A DNA stretch of 63,874 bases, counting the filler, from an uncultured Methanoregulaceae archaeon (GTDB taxonomy: Archaea; Halobacteriota; Methanomicrobia; Methanomicrobiales; Methanospirillaceae), in the NCBI GenBank assembly GCA_964530035.1. It is 3 parts of 3 records of this genome, joined end to end, with 100 filler letters (N's around TTAATTAATTAA, not from the genome) between each part and the next. Parts side by side here need not be neighbours in the genome. Positions count along the whole stretch, not along the records: positions 1 to 22,662 come from CAZGXZ010000018.1; positions 22,763 to 45,292 come from CAZGXZ010000019.1; 1 more part is not named here. The stretch is one strand, 5' to 3'. A program made the translations under genes and the position numbers. Below the pieces are notes generated by a model, which searched no databases, had not been told where the DNA came from, and saw nothing but the letters and a program-made list of their open reading frames with translations. Of the stretch, positions 21,303-28,946 are shown piece by piece; the stretch's first letter is position 1; every line of letters begins with the position of its first letter.

Positions 21303-22328
21303 TCAGGTTATCGGATACCGGAGGAGCGCCGCGATCCCACTCAGGGCAATCAGCCGTTTTCCCGGTTCGAACCTTGAAGAGAGAACCGTAACTTCGCCTC
21401 GTTGGCGGAAGACCTCATCCGACAGTGCAGATATGCCGGGTTCGCGAAGGAGCGTGTCCTCTATGAGGAGGTGAGAGACTGCACCAAAATGTACTGCCTT
21501 TGTTACCTCCTCCCTGCCATATGCCACGGGTTCATCGCGTGCAATACGGGCCATGAGGTCCTCGATGAGCCGCACCTCGCGTTTCAGCTGCAGGTCCCCG
21601 TTCAGTGCCTCCAGGAGCCCGTTGCCGATGACCTCCTGGACAGCACCGTATCCTGAACGCCTGGTCTCCGAAACGACAAGCTCCTTTGCACAGATACACC
21701 CTGCTGACTTTGCGAACTTCACGAAGTCGTCCTTGACAAACCCCGGGCCGGCGACGATGAGCGGCCCGGTGACATCCTTCAGGTCTTTACAGATATCCTC
21801 GAAAAATGCCGTCGAGTGGTCGGACCCAAATCCCTTCCCGCTTCCTGCGGTATAGGAGCGGACCTGTTCAGGGCCAAACTGGCGTATCCGGTACAACTCG
21901 GCTTCGCCATGTTCGACCGCCAGGACATGCACAACATCGTACAGGGAGCCTTTCACCGCCCGTTCGATGCGTTCGAGGTCGACCGGGAGCCACGTCCTGA
22001 TGACCGAGATCTCGTAACCGGGCTCGATATTGAGGGTATGGTGGGACCCGATGTCCACTCCCTGCTCAATTACCCCGCTCACCCGCAACCTCAGGGCGAA
22101 GTCGTGAAACTCGACCTTCGTGACCCGGATGCCAAGCCTTACAGGCCGTTTTTCCGCCTTTTCAGGTCGTATCTTGTCAGCCTGGGTCTCTGTTGTCCTG
22201 AGAGTCGTTGCAAAGACAAGGTCATCCGGTGATATGAGGAGGCTCAAGTGCCAGAGGTCGTCGATACTTTCCGGGAACAGCCTGACCTCTCCAAAGGACC
22301 TGATGAGGTCGCCGAATTCAGCCTTCAT
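21303..22328 (-). CDS. pelA: Pelota / Dom34 ribosome rescue factor
   Basis: PESIDDLWHL, LRVSGVI, GSHHTLNI, IVAGPGFVK, VAYG and GIAALLRYPI. Confidence 0.95.
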   Translation of the reverse strand: MKAEFGDLIRSFGEVRLFPESIDDLWHLSLLISPDDLVFATTLRTTETQADKIRPEKAEKRPVRLGIRVTKVEFHDFALRLRVSGVIEQGVDIGSHHTLNIEPGYEISVIRTWLPVDLERIERAVKGSLYDVVHVLAVEHGEAELYRIRQFGPEQVRSYTAGSGKGFGSDHSTAFFEDICKDLKDVTGPLIVAGPGFVKDDFVKFAKSAGCICAKELVVSETRRSGYGAVQEVIGNGLLEALNGDLQLKREVRLIEDLMARIARDEPVAYGREEVTKAVHFGAVSHLLIEDTLLREPGISALSDEVFRQRGEVTVLSSRFEPGKRLIALSGIAALLRYPIT

Positions 22329-22662
22329 CGACGATGTCGGAACCTCCCGGAGGGATGAATGCTGCGACCGCCTCGGTGTTCAGCACGGCTTTCCAGCCCG
22401 GACGCTCGTTCTCCGGGATCCGTTCCCTCAGGGTCCTGGTAATTTTCCGTGCGATGTCATTCGGTTCAAAAGTCCCTGGCTGGATCTCGAGAGAGACTGC
22501 CGACCGTGCCCTGACGACCTCTGGAGGACCACCTATCACGGCCATTTCCGGTTCCCTCGTGAGACCGACCGAGGTCCGGAGCGGGAGGTCCCTGAAGTAC
22601 TCCCGCTCGCCGCGGACGATGAACGACCCCCTGCTCACGAACTCCCCTGACTCAGGTGTCTT
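22318..22662 (-). CDS. rqcH: RqcH / NEMF (NFACT) ribosome quality control protein, C-terminal fragment (5' part lost in gap)
   Basis: KTPESGEFVSRGSFIVRGEREYF ... AFIPPGGSDI, typical of the archaeal NFACT C-terminus. Confidence 0.82.
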   Translation of the reverse strand, partial: KTPESGEFVSRGSFIVRGEREYFRDLPLRTSVGLTREPEMAVIGGPPEVVRARSAVSLEIQPGTFEPNDIARKITRTLRERIPENERPGWKAVLNTEAVAAFIPPGGSDIVDEG

Positions 22663-22762
22663 NNNNNNNNNNNNNNNNNNNNNNNNNNNNNNNNNNNNNN
22701 NNNNNNTTAATTAATTAANNNNNNNNNNNNNNNNNNNNNNNNNNNNNNNNNNNNNNNNNNNN
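22663..22762. other. Artificial contig linker (N44-TTAATTAATTAA-N44)
   Basis: Six-frame stop spacer at 22707-22718 flanked by N runs. Confidence 0.97.
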
Positions 22763-22812
22763 CACCTGCAAGGAAGTTACCGGGGACAAGTGAGGGATGA
22801 AAGGGGCACGGG

Positions 22813-23172
22813 ATGAAAAAGCTGACCAAGGACGATATTCTCAAGGGAAAGGAACGGTCTGAAACCCTTGTTGTGCCAGGGTATGACGCTGAGGTCATCA
22901 TAAGGCCTCTCACCGACGGTGAACTCGGTGACGTGTTTGCCATCATCGGCCAGATACCCCTGAACGGGGACGGTGAGCCTGACGTGGGGAAGATCGACCC
23001 GGTCAGGCATTTCAAGGCATTGCGGCTTGCCGTGTCCCTTGGTATGAAGGACCCTTCGCTCAGCCCTGAAGAAGTCGCCGAGATGAAATTCGGCGTCCCG
23101 GAGTTCATCGGGATGAAGGTACTCGAACTTTCCGGGATGAGCGCCGGACAGGTTGCGCAACAAAAAAGGTAG
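22813..23172 (+). CDS. Putative tail assembly chaperone (lambda gpG-like position)
   Basis: 119 aa acidic protein with VIIRPLTDGEL; ends in CAA AAA AGG TAG; lies upstream of the tape-measure-position gene. Confidence 0.65.
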   Translation: MKKLTKDDILKGKERSETLVVPGYDAEVIIRPLTDGELGDVFAIIGQIPLNGDGEPDVGKIDPVRHFKALRLAVSLGMKDPSLSPEEVAEMKFGVPEFIGMKVLELSGMSAGQVAQQKR

Positions 23173-23396
23173 AGATCGAACAACTGGTGGAGTCTCCGGA
23201 CGGGAGGGAACTAGCGGCGCTCTGCCTTGATTTCGGGTATAAACTTGCACCAAGCCCGAAAGACCTGACCCGGGACCAGGTCCACTTCCTCTTTACCGCA
23301 TACAACCACCGCATGGAGCACGTAACCGCTTCGGCTCAGGGAGAGCCCGGCGTAACGAGGTTCCTCTTCCTTGATGACGAGGAAGACGAGTCCTGA
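23160..23396 (+). CDS. Putative gpT-like extension in the -1 frame of the chaperone
   Basis: The -1 frame is open across the A6 run (KKVEIEQLVESPDGRELAALC...PKDLTRDQVHFLF); it has only a GTG start at 23187 with no clear RBS. Confidence 0.55.
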   Translation, partial: TKKVEIEQLVESPDGRELAALCLDFGYKLAPSPKDLTRDQVHFLFTAYNHRMEHVTASAQGEPGVTRFLFLDDEEDES

Positions 23397-23477
23397 CCTG
23401 CCCGATGAACTGCCGTTTCAAACCAATAGACATACGATGGTACGAAAACACGGGAGGCATTCCTGAAGGGGGGTGTC

Positions 23478-25490
23478 ATGAGTAGAAGGAAGGTGGAAAA
23501 TCAGAACCAGGACCCGGTTGAGGTCCTTGTGCGGAGTGTCTACCGGTGTCACAAGGCAGGGATACGACAGTCAGGTCACCTGTTCTGCCAGTCATCAGGG
23601 GCAGGAACAGGTTTTTTTTCCGTGCTTGGCCTTCTCCTCTCGTGGTGGAGGAACCTGTCGGAGCTTTCAACATCTCCGTTCCACCTGCAAACCGCACCGG
23701 GAAAACCGAAACTGCACGAAGACAGGCCGGTGCCGGAACACCGCCCCTCAATTCCTGCCTATTCTGACATTCACGTCTGGTCTTCCCTTTCTGTTCTTTC
23801 GAGGGCCGATACCACCGCCATCTGGAATACATACTATCACTCCTCAGGACCGGCATCCATTCCCGGAATTCTGAACCTGAAAGAACCCGGACACCCTGGT
23901 GCCTCAAAAGAACCGCGAGGGGCAGGGGTTTTCATTCAGGAAAAGCCGCTTCACGACCGCCCGCAGGTCCCTTCCTTCATGAGCAGAATTGCATCCTACA
24001 CAAAACTGGCAATCATGTCCAGGGAGGTCATTTCCCACACCCTTCAGAGTCCTCTTGGTGATAGTGACCGGTATTTGGGACCACGTCCCGGGAGAACGGC
24101 CTCTCTCGCGGCATTCCACCTGCCGGCAGCCGGTACGGAGAGAAAACAGGAAACAGGATACGTGGGGGGAGATGGAGCCGGAACCCCCATTTCCGTTCCA
24201 CGGCCTACATCAGACGATGAACCAGGAGATCGAGGCGTTCATGAATCCGTTACGCCGGCATCCACTAAGGAGCCGGCAAGGGATCCTGTGGCGGTCAGGG
24301 ATATTCTCGCACGATCATCCCGCCTCTTTTCCTGGTATGACCATACCGGGGCGGTGATCCTTCATAGTATCTTTCAAGGGCTCGTCTCGCGGGATACTCA
24401 GATCGCCCGGGCAGCCCGGGATGACAAGGCCTATCCGGAGGTGGACGGAGAAAGAACGGATCGTTCAGAAAAAAGTCCGGAAGTGCGCCCCGGGGGGATA
24501 TTCAGGTTCCTGTTCAGCCAGGCAGGAGGTAGTGTTACTCACCTGTGGCCACCCGTGATGGAACGTCGCACTCCCCTGGGTGACGTTCCGACCCGGAGAC
24601 AGCATGCACTGGCACCTGCCACCTCCCCTTCATCAACCCATGGTGAAACCCGGTCCTTCATGCACAAGGTCCCTTCCTATCGTGTTGGAGTTCCGACCTT
24701 TGCTCCCCGGAAGGAATCTTTTGAGGGGCAGAAGGAAACTCCAAAGGAGTCAATATCCGGATTGGACAGTGCCATCGAGGTGTTATCTCCGCTCCTTCCT
24801 CCGGTACCCGCAGGGCTTTCGCCTGTCAGGGAGCCACCAGAAGGTCGCCTGTCCGTCCAGGACACCGCACACCCGCTTTCCCTCCTCATTTCCTACCATT
24901 CCGCACCCGGGTCGCCCCTTGCCACGGGTTTAGGGGTATTGTCCCGGTACCATTCGGCATTCCAGGAGCTCCTGGAACGGGTCAGGACAATAGAAACCCC
25001 GGTACGCCAGGTTACGGCCTCCGCCCGGTCCTTCAGGGAACGCCAGGAAAGCGTGTTGCGGGAGATCGTGACCTGCATGACAGATCAGGTTCAGGATATC
25101 GGGGGAGCAGGACCCGGTATGACCACCCGGGCTTACCAGGGCCCTTCTATGGTCCCTGACCTGAGGTTCCTGGAGAGTGGTTCCAGGACGGCGTTTCTGC
25201 AGGCACCCGGAATGTCAATCCTTGCTGTACCGCGGCCCTCCCTGTCACCACCTCCACCTGCGTCTATAGTACCTGTACCTCCCCCGGTGGCAACACCTTC
25301 ACTCATCATGAACAGGGATTCTCACCAGTATACACCGGCACCGGCAGGAACAACCAACCACTTCCATAATGATTTCCACATCACCGTCCAGGTCAGGGAC
25401 ACCAGTGATGAACGGGAACTCCGGGACCTCGGACGAAAAATCGGGAGAGTCCTTTCTGATGAACTCGCACGGTACGGGGGGGTCCTGTGA
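23478..25490 (+). CDS. Tape-measure-position protein, Pro/Ser-rich low complexity with TMP-like C-terminus
   Basis: Located between the chaperone and the DNA-circulation gene; C-terminal NHFHNDFHITVQV...RDLGRKIGRVLSDELARYG resembles tape-measure tails. Confidence 0.5.
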   Translation: MSRRKVENQNQDPVEVLVRSVYRCHKAGIRQSGHLFCQSSGAGTGFFSVLGLLLSWWRNLSELSTSPFHLQTAPGKPKLHEDRPVPEHRPSIPAYSDIHVWSSLSVLSRADTTAIWNTYYHSSGPASIPGILNLKEPGHPGASKEPRGAGVFIQEKPLHDRPQVPSFMSRIASYTKLAIMSREVISHTLQSPLGDSDRYLGPRPGRTASLAAFHLPAAGTERKQETGYVGGDGAGTPISVPRPTSDDEPGDRGVHESVTPASTKEPARDPVAVRDILARSSRLFSWYDHTGAVILHSIFQGLVSRDTQIARAARDDKAYPEVDGERTDRSEKSPEVRPGGIFRFLFSQAGGSVTHLWPPVMERRTPLGDVPTRRQHALAPATSPSSTHGETRSFMHKVPSYRVGVPTFAPRKESFEGQKETPKESISGLDSAIEVLSPLLPPVPAGLSPVREPPEGRLSVQDTAHPLSLLISYHSAPGSPLATGLGVLSRYHSAFQELLERVRTIETPVRQVTASARSFRERQESVLREIVTCMTDQVQDIGGAGPGMTTRAYQGPSMVPDLRFLESGSRTAFLQAPGMSILAVPRPSLSPPPPASIVPVPPPVATPSLIMNRDSHQYTPAPAGTTNHFHNDFHITVQVRDTSDERELRDLGRKIGRVLSDELARYGGVL

Positions 25491-26641
25491 ACATCGAGCT
25501 CGACGGCATACGGCTTATCTGGAGGAACCAGCCCGGGTCGCCGATCGATGTCAGGACAGTGACAAAGATCAACACGGCTGACCGGCGGGCCATCGTTGAA
25601 CATGAAATCCCCGGGATGCAGGGAAATGTCTTCCAGGACCTCGGGCGGGAACCGGTCAGGATATCCTTCGACGGCTCGTTTCATGGGGAGACAGCGAAAA
25701 ACACCCTGGAAATGGTCCGTTCCAAGTACAAGCAGGGTGTTCAGCTCCCGTTCAACTCGGATATCTCGGGTGCGAGCGATGTTACCAAGGTCGTCATCGA
25801 GGAATTTGTCGTGAAGGAAACCGCCGGCGTTCCCGAGATGTTCGAGTACACGCTTGTTTTGAGAGAGTACAAGGAACCTCCCCCAGAGCCGACGACACCT
25901 CCGACCAGGAAGGAGGAGGCGAAGGAATGGCTTGACAAGGAGGCCGAAAAGACCCGGGATTCGATCAATGTCGTTACCGGGAAGGTACTTGACGGGAATG
26001 GCAAGGCGAAACCAGGCGTCAGCGTGCTGCTGAAAAGCGCATCGGCGGAGTACAAGCTGACGACGAACGGGGAAGGTGTCTACCGGAAGGAGGACGTCCC
26101 GGCAGGTACGTACCGGGTAACCGTCGAAGACAAGGAGTACGAAGGCATCGAAGAGACCGTTGCCGTAGGCTCGGGAGGTGGTGAGGGCGAAAGCAGCGGA
26201 ACGGGCCCTGAAGAAGAGGGAGGTGGATCCGACGAGGGCGGCGAACCAGGAGAGGAACCCGGGAATGAGGACGAGAGCCGGGAACAAGGGACCGGTGAGG
26301 GATCAGAGGATGAATCTGGCGGGGTCCCGGAGAAGACAACCGGCCTGGAGAAACCCGGTGAGGAGCCGGTGTCTGGTGAATCGGGCAGGGGCGAAGAGGA
26401 TAATTCTGATGAAAGCAGTGGTCCGGACTCATCAGCGGAAAAGGGAGATGAAGGGGAGACTCCTGGTGGGGATGCACCCGGTGACAGTCTGACGGGGGAC
26501 GAGGCAGAACCAGATTATAGTTCTGGAACCCGGGATGAATCGGAAGATCCCGGTAGGGGTTCAGGAAAGGCACCGTCAGGTGACCAGCCTGATGAAGAGC
26601 AGCCAGAACCCAAAAAAGGTAAAAAAGGCAGCAAAAAGTGA
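25487..26641 (+). CDS. Mu-like DNA-circulation N-terminal (tube initiator-type) domain + prealbumin/carboxypeptidase-regulatory-like domain + acidic disordered tail
   Basis: RRAIVEHEIPGMQGNVFQDLGREPVRISFDGSF...FEYTLVLREY; VTGKVLDGNGKAKPGVSV...TTNGEGVY...VPAGTYRVTV; Glu/Gly-rich C-terminus. Confidence 0.75.
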   Translation: MNIELDGIRLIWRNQPGSPIDVRTVTKINTADRRAIVEHEIPGMQGNVFQDLGREPVRISFDGSFHGETAKNTLEMVRSKYKQGVQLPFNSDISGASDVTKVVIEEFVVKETAGVPEMFEYTLVLREYKEPPPEPTTPPTRKEEAKEWLDKEAEKTRDSINVVTGKVLDGNGKAKPGVSVLLKSASAEYKLTTNGEGVYRKEDVPAGTYRVTVEDKEYEGIEETVAVGSGGGEGESSGTGPEEEGGGSDEGGEPGEEPGNEDESREQGTGEGSEDESGGVPEKTTGLEKPGEEPVSGESGRGEEDNSDESSGPDSSAEKGDEGETPGGDAPGDSLTGDEAEPDYSSGTRDESEDPGRGSGKAPSGDQPDEEQPEPKKGKKGSKK

Positions 26642-26728
26642 CCCCTTGATAAAAAGAATATCGCACAGGGAAAGACCGATAGCAGGAACAGATCATCAGG
26701 AACCACAGGGCACGAAAACGAGTCCAGC

Positions 26729-28699
26729 ATGCAGAAACCGGCATATGAAATCAAGGTAGGATCCGTTACCTTTGACTCCCGCAACACCCAGGAGGTCGTA
26801 CGGGCTGCTGTCGAGCTGGACCTCAGTATTCCCCTTGATACCTTTGACCTCGTAATAAAGACCGGTGAGAAGACGAAGGACATCAAGAAGGGGGACCCGG
26901 TTACCATCAGCCTCGGTTACGAGGGCAGTCTCTCCAAGGTGTTCACGGGGACCGTTGACAGGATAACTCCGTCCATCAAGGCCATCCACCTGGCCGGTTA
27001 CTCGATGATGAACCTTCTGACGAGGAGAAACCAGAACAAGGTATACGAAAAACAGACCGCCGGGGACATCGTCAGCGACATCGCCAAGTCATTCGGGATC
27101 CGGGAGGAGAAGGTTGAGGACGGGATCTCCTTTCCCATGTATATCGTGGACGATACCAGGAGTGCCTACATGCACATCCGTGACATCGCCAGGAAATGCG
27201 GTTTCGATTTTTACATGACCTTCGAGGGAAAACTCGTTTTTCGCCAGTACCGTCGCACAACACCGAAACCATTCAAGTATGGACGGGACATCCTGTCGTA
27301 CGAGGTACAGCACCCGACGCCGGTCACCGCTTCGGTCAAGGTCCTTGGCGAGAGCCCGGCGAGTTTCAAGGGCGCCGACACGTCGCACTGGAGGACGAAG
27401 AAGGCGGTCGAGGGCTCGGCCGGTTCAGGCGATGTAACCTTCGTCATCGAGGACCCGGTCGTACGGGACAAGGAGTCGGCAGAAAAGGTCGCCCGTGCGT
27501 ACCTTGAGACCATCTTAACCCCGCTTTCCGGGACCATAACCACCCTCGGGAGCGCCCATGTCAGGGTGGGGGACACCATCTCTATCAAGGAAATGCCCGA
27601 CGGGGAGATGAACGGGGAGTTTGAAGTCACGGGGATAACCCATCATTTCAACAAGAAGGAAGGCTTCCTGTCCAGGGTCAACTGGGTCAGGAAGGCGGTC
27701 ATCGAGGAGGCCGAATCACCCCTGCCGGCGATGCCTGAGAGTCCGTCACTCCCGGGCTTCACGAACCCGCTCGGGGAACAGCTTGCTTCCCTCGAAAACG
27801 CCCTCGAAGAAATCAAACTCCGCCTGCTCGACGCCATCGAGACCGGGGAGATGGAACTCGAGAAGATGCTGGTGGAGATCAATTCGCTCCTTGCCGAACT
27901 GGACAGGGCCGCCCGGGAGATGATTGCTGCGGCAGAGGAATTGAAAAAGGAGGCAGAAAAAGCAGCCCGGGAGGTGCTTGGGGAGGTAGCAAAGCTCGAA
28001 AAGGAAGTCATGGAGAAGAAAAAGGAATTTGAAAAGTCTGTTTCAGAAATAAAATCAAAATACGAGGAATACAAGAAGAAGGCCGGCGAGGAGCTGGGAA
28101 AAGTCGAGGGGGAGCTCGACGGTCTGAAGGACAAGGTTACGGGACTGAAGGACAAGGCACTTGAGGAGGTCGCCGGGATCAGGGAAAAGGCGGAAGAAGA
28201 GGTCAGGAAACTTCAGGAATCGGTAGAGGATACAGCCGGGGCAGTCGGTGACACGATGGGTGATGCGGTTTCAGACACCCGTGAGAAGGTGTCAGGGAAG
28301 GTTGCAGAAATCCAAAAGAAATGCGAGGAAGAGGTGGCATCGGCACAGAAGACGGCAGAAGACGGGATAAAGGAAATCGCTGGCAGGGAGAAGGAGGTGA
28401 AAGACAGGATCGCAGATGCAAAGAAGGACCTCGCGGATGCCGGGAAGAAGGTAACCGGAGAGCTGGAAAAAGGGAAGAAAAAGTTTGATGATACGGTCGG
28501 GCAGGCACAGGACCAGATAGAGTCCTCAAAGAAAAAAGCAGAAACACTCGTAAAGGATGCGGACCGGAAGATCGAGGAAGTGCGGAAGAAGGCTGATGAG
28601 GCACGGGCAACGGCCGCAGCTAAAATCGAGGGGATGAAAAAGACCTACAACCAGGCCAAGGATAAAGTCCTGCAGGCCAAGGAACAGATCGGGATGTAA
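26729..28699 (+). CDS. Baseplate hub (phage late control D / gp27-like) with ~300 aa coiled-coil C-terminal extension
   Basis: GDPVTISLGYEGSLSKVFTGTVD, YEKQTAGDIVSDIA, DIARKCGFDFYM and GEFEVTGITHHFNKKEGFLS; then an E/K/A-rich helical region. Confidence 0.8.
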   Translation: MQKPAYEIKVGSVTFDSRNTQEVVRAAVELDLSIPLDTFDLVIKTGEKTKDIKKGDPVTISLGYEGSLSKVFTGTVDRITPSIKAIHLAGYSMMNLLTRRNQNKVYEKQTAGDIVSDIAKSFGIREEKVEDGISFPMYIVDDTRSAYMHIRDIARKCGFDFYMTFEGKLVFRQYRRTTPKPFKYGRDILSYEVQHPTPVTASVKVLGESPASFKGADTSHWRTKKAVEGSAGSGDVTFVIEDPVVRDKESAEKVARAYLETILTPLSGTITTLGSAHVRVGDTISIKEMPDGEMNGEFEVTGITHHFNKKEGFLSRVNWVRKAVIEEAESPLPAMPESPSLPGFTNPLGEQLASLENALEEIKLRLLDAIETGEMELEKMLVEINSLLAELDRAAREMIAAAEELKKEAEKAAREVLGEVAKLEKEVMEKKKEFEKSVSEIKSKYEEYKKKAGEELGKVEGELDGLKDKVTGLKDKALEEVAGIREKAEEEVRKLQESVEDTAGAVGDTMGDAVSDTREKVSGKVAEIQKKCEEEVASAQKTAEDGIKEIAGREKEVKDRIADAKKDLADAGKKVTGELEKGKKKFDDTVGQAQDQIESSKKKAETLVKDADRKIEEVRKKADEARATAAAKIEGMKKTYNQAKDKVLQAKEQIGM

Positions 28700-28946
28700 G
28701 GACGGGAAAGATAATGGATGCAGGGCACCTGGATCGCCTGAAAAGACATATCTGCTGCAATTTCCGGCTATTTTATAATGATTCCTCCTACCCTTATTTC
28801 GCCCTTCAGGTAGCAGGCATCAGTTTCCAGGACGGAACCAGGGGTATTCCCGGCAACGGACCAGAAGGAGGTACCTCAGATTCCTTCCCGGCTGGCATGG
28901 TCATCCGGAAATTAAAAGGATTCGTGATATCCTGGAGACAGGTACA

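Noticed and set aside
22663..22762. TTAATTAATTAA palindrome repeated at 22707 and 45337, as possible att sites or element ends flanking the tail locus
   Set aside because: It is embedded in identical N runs and stops all six frames, so it is an assembly concatenation linker rather than biological sequence
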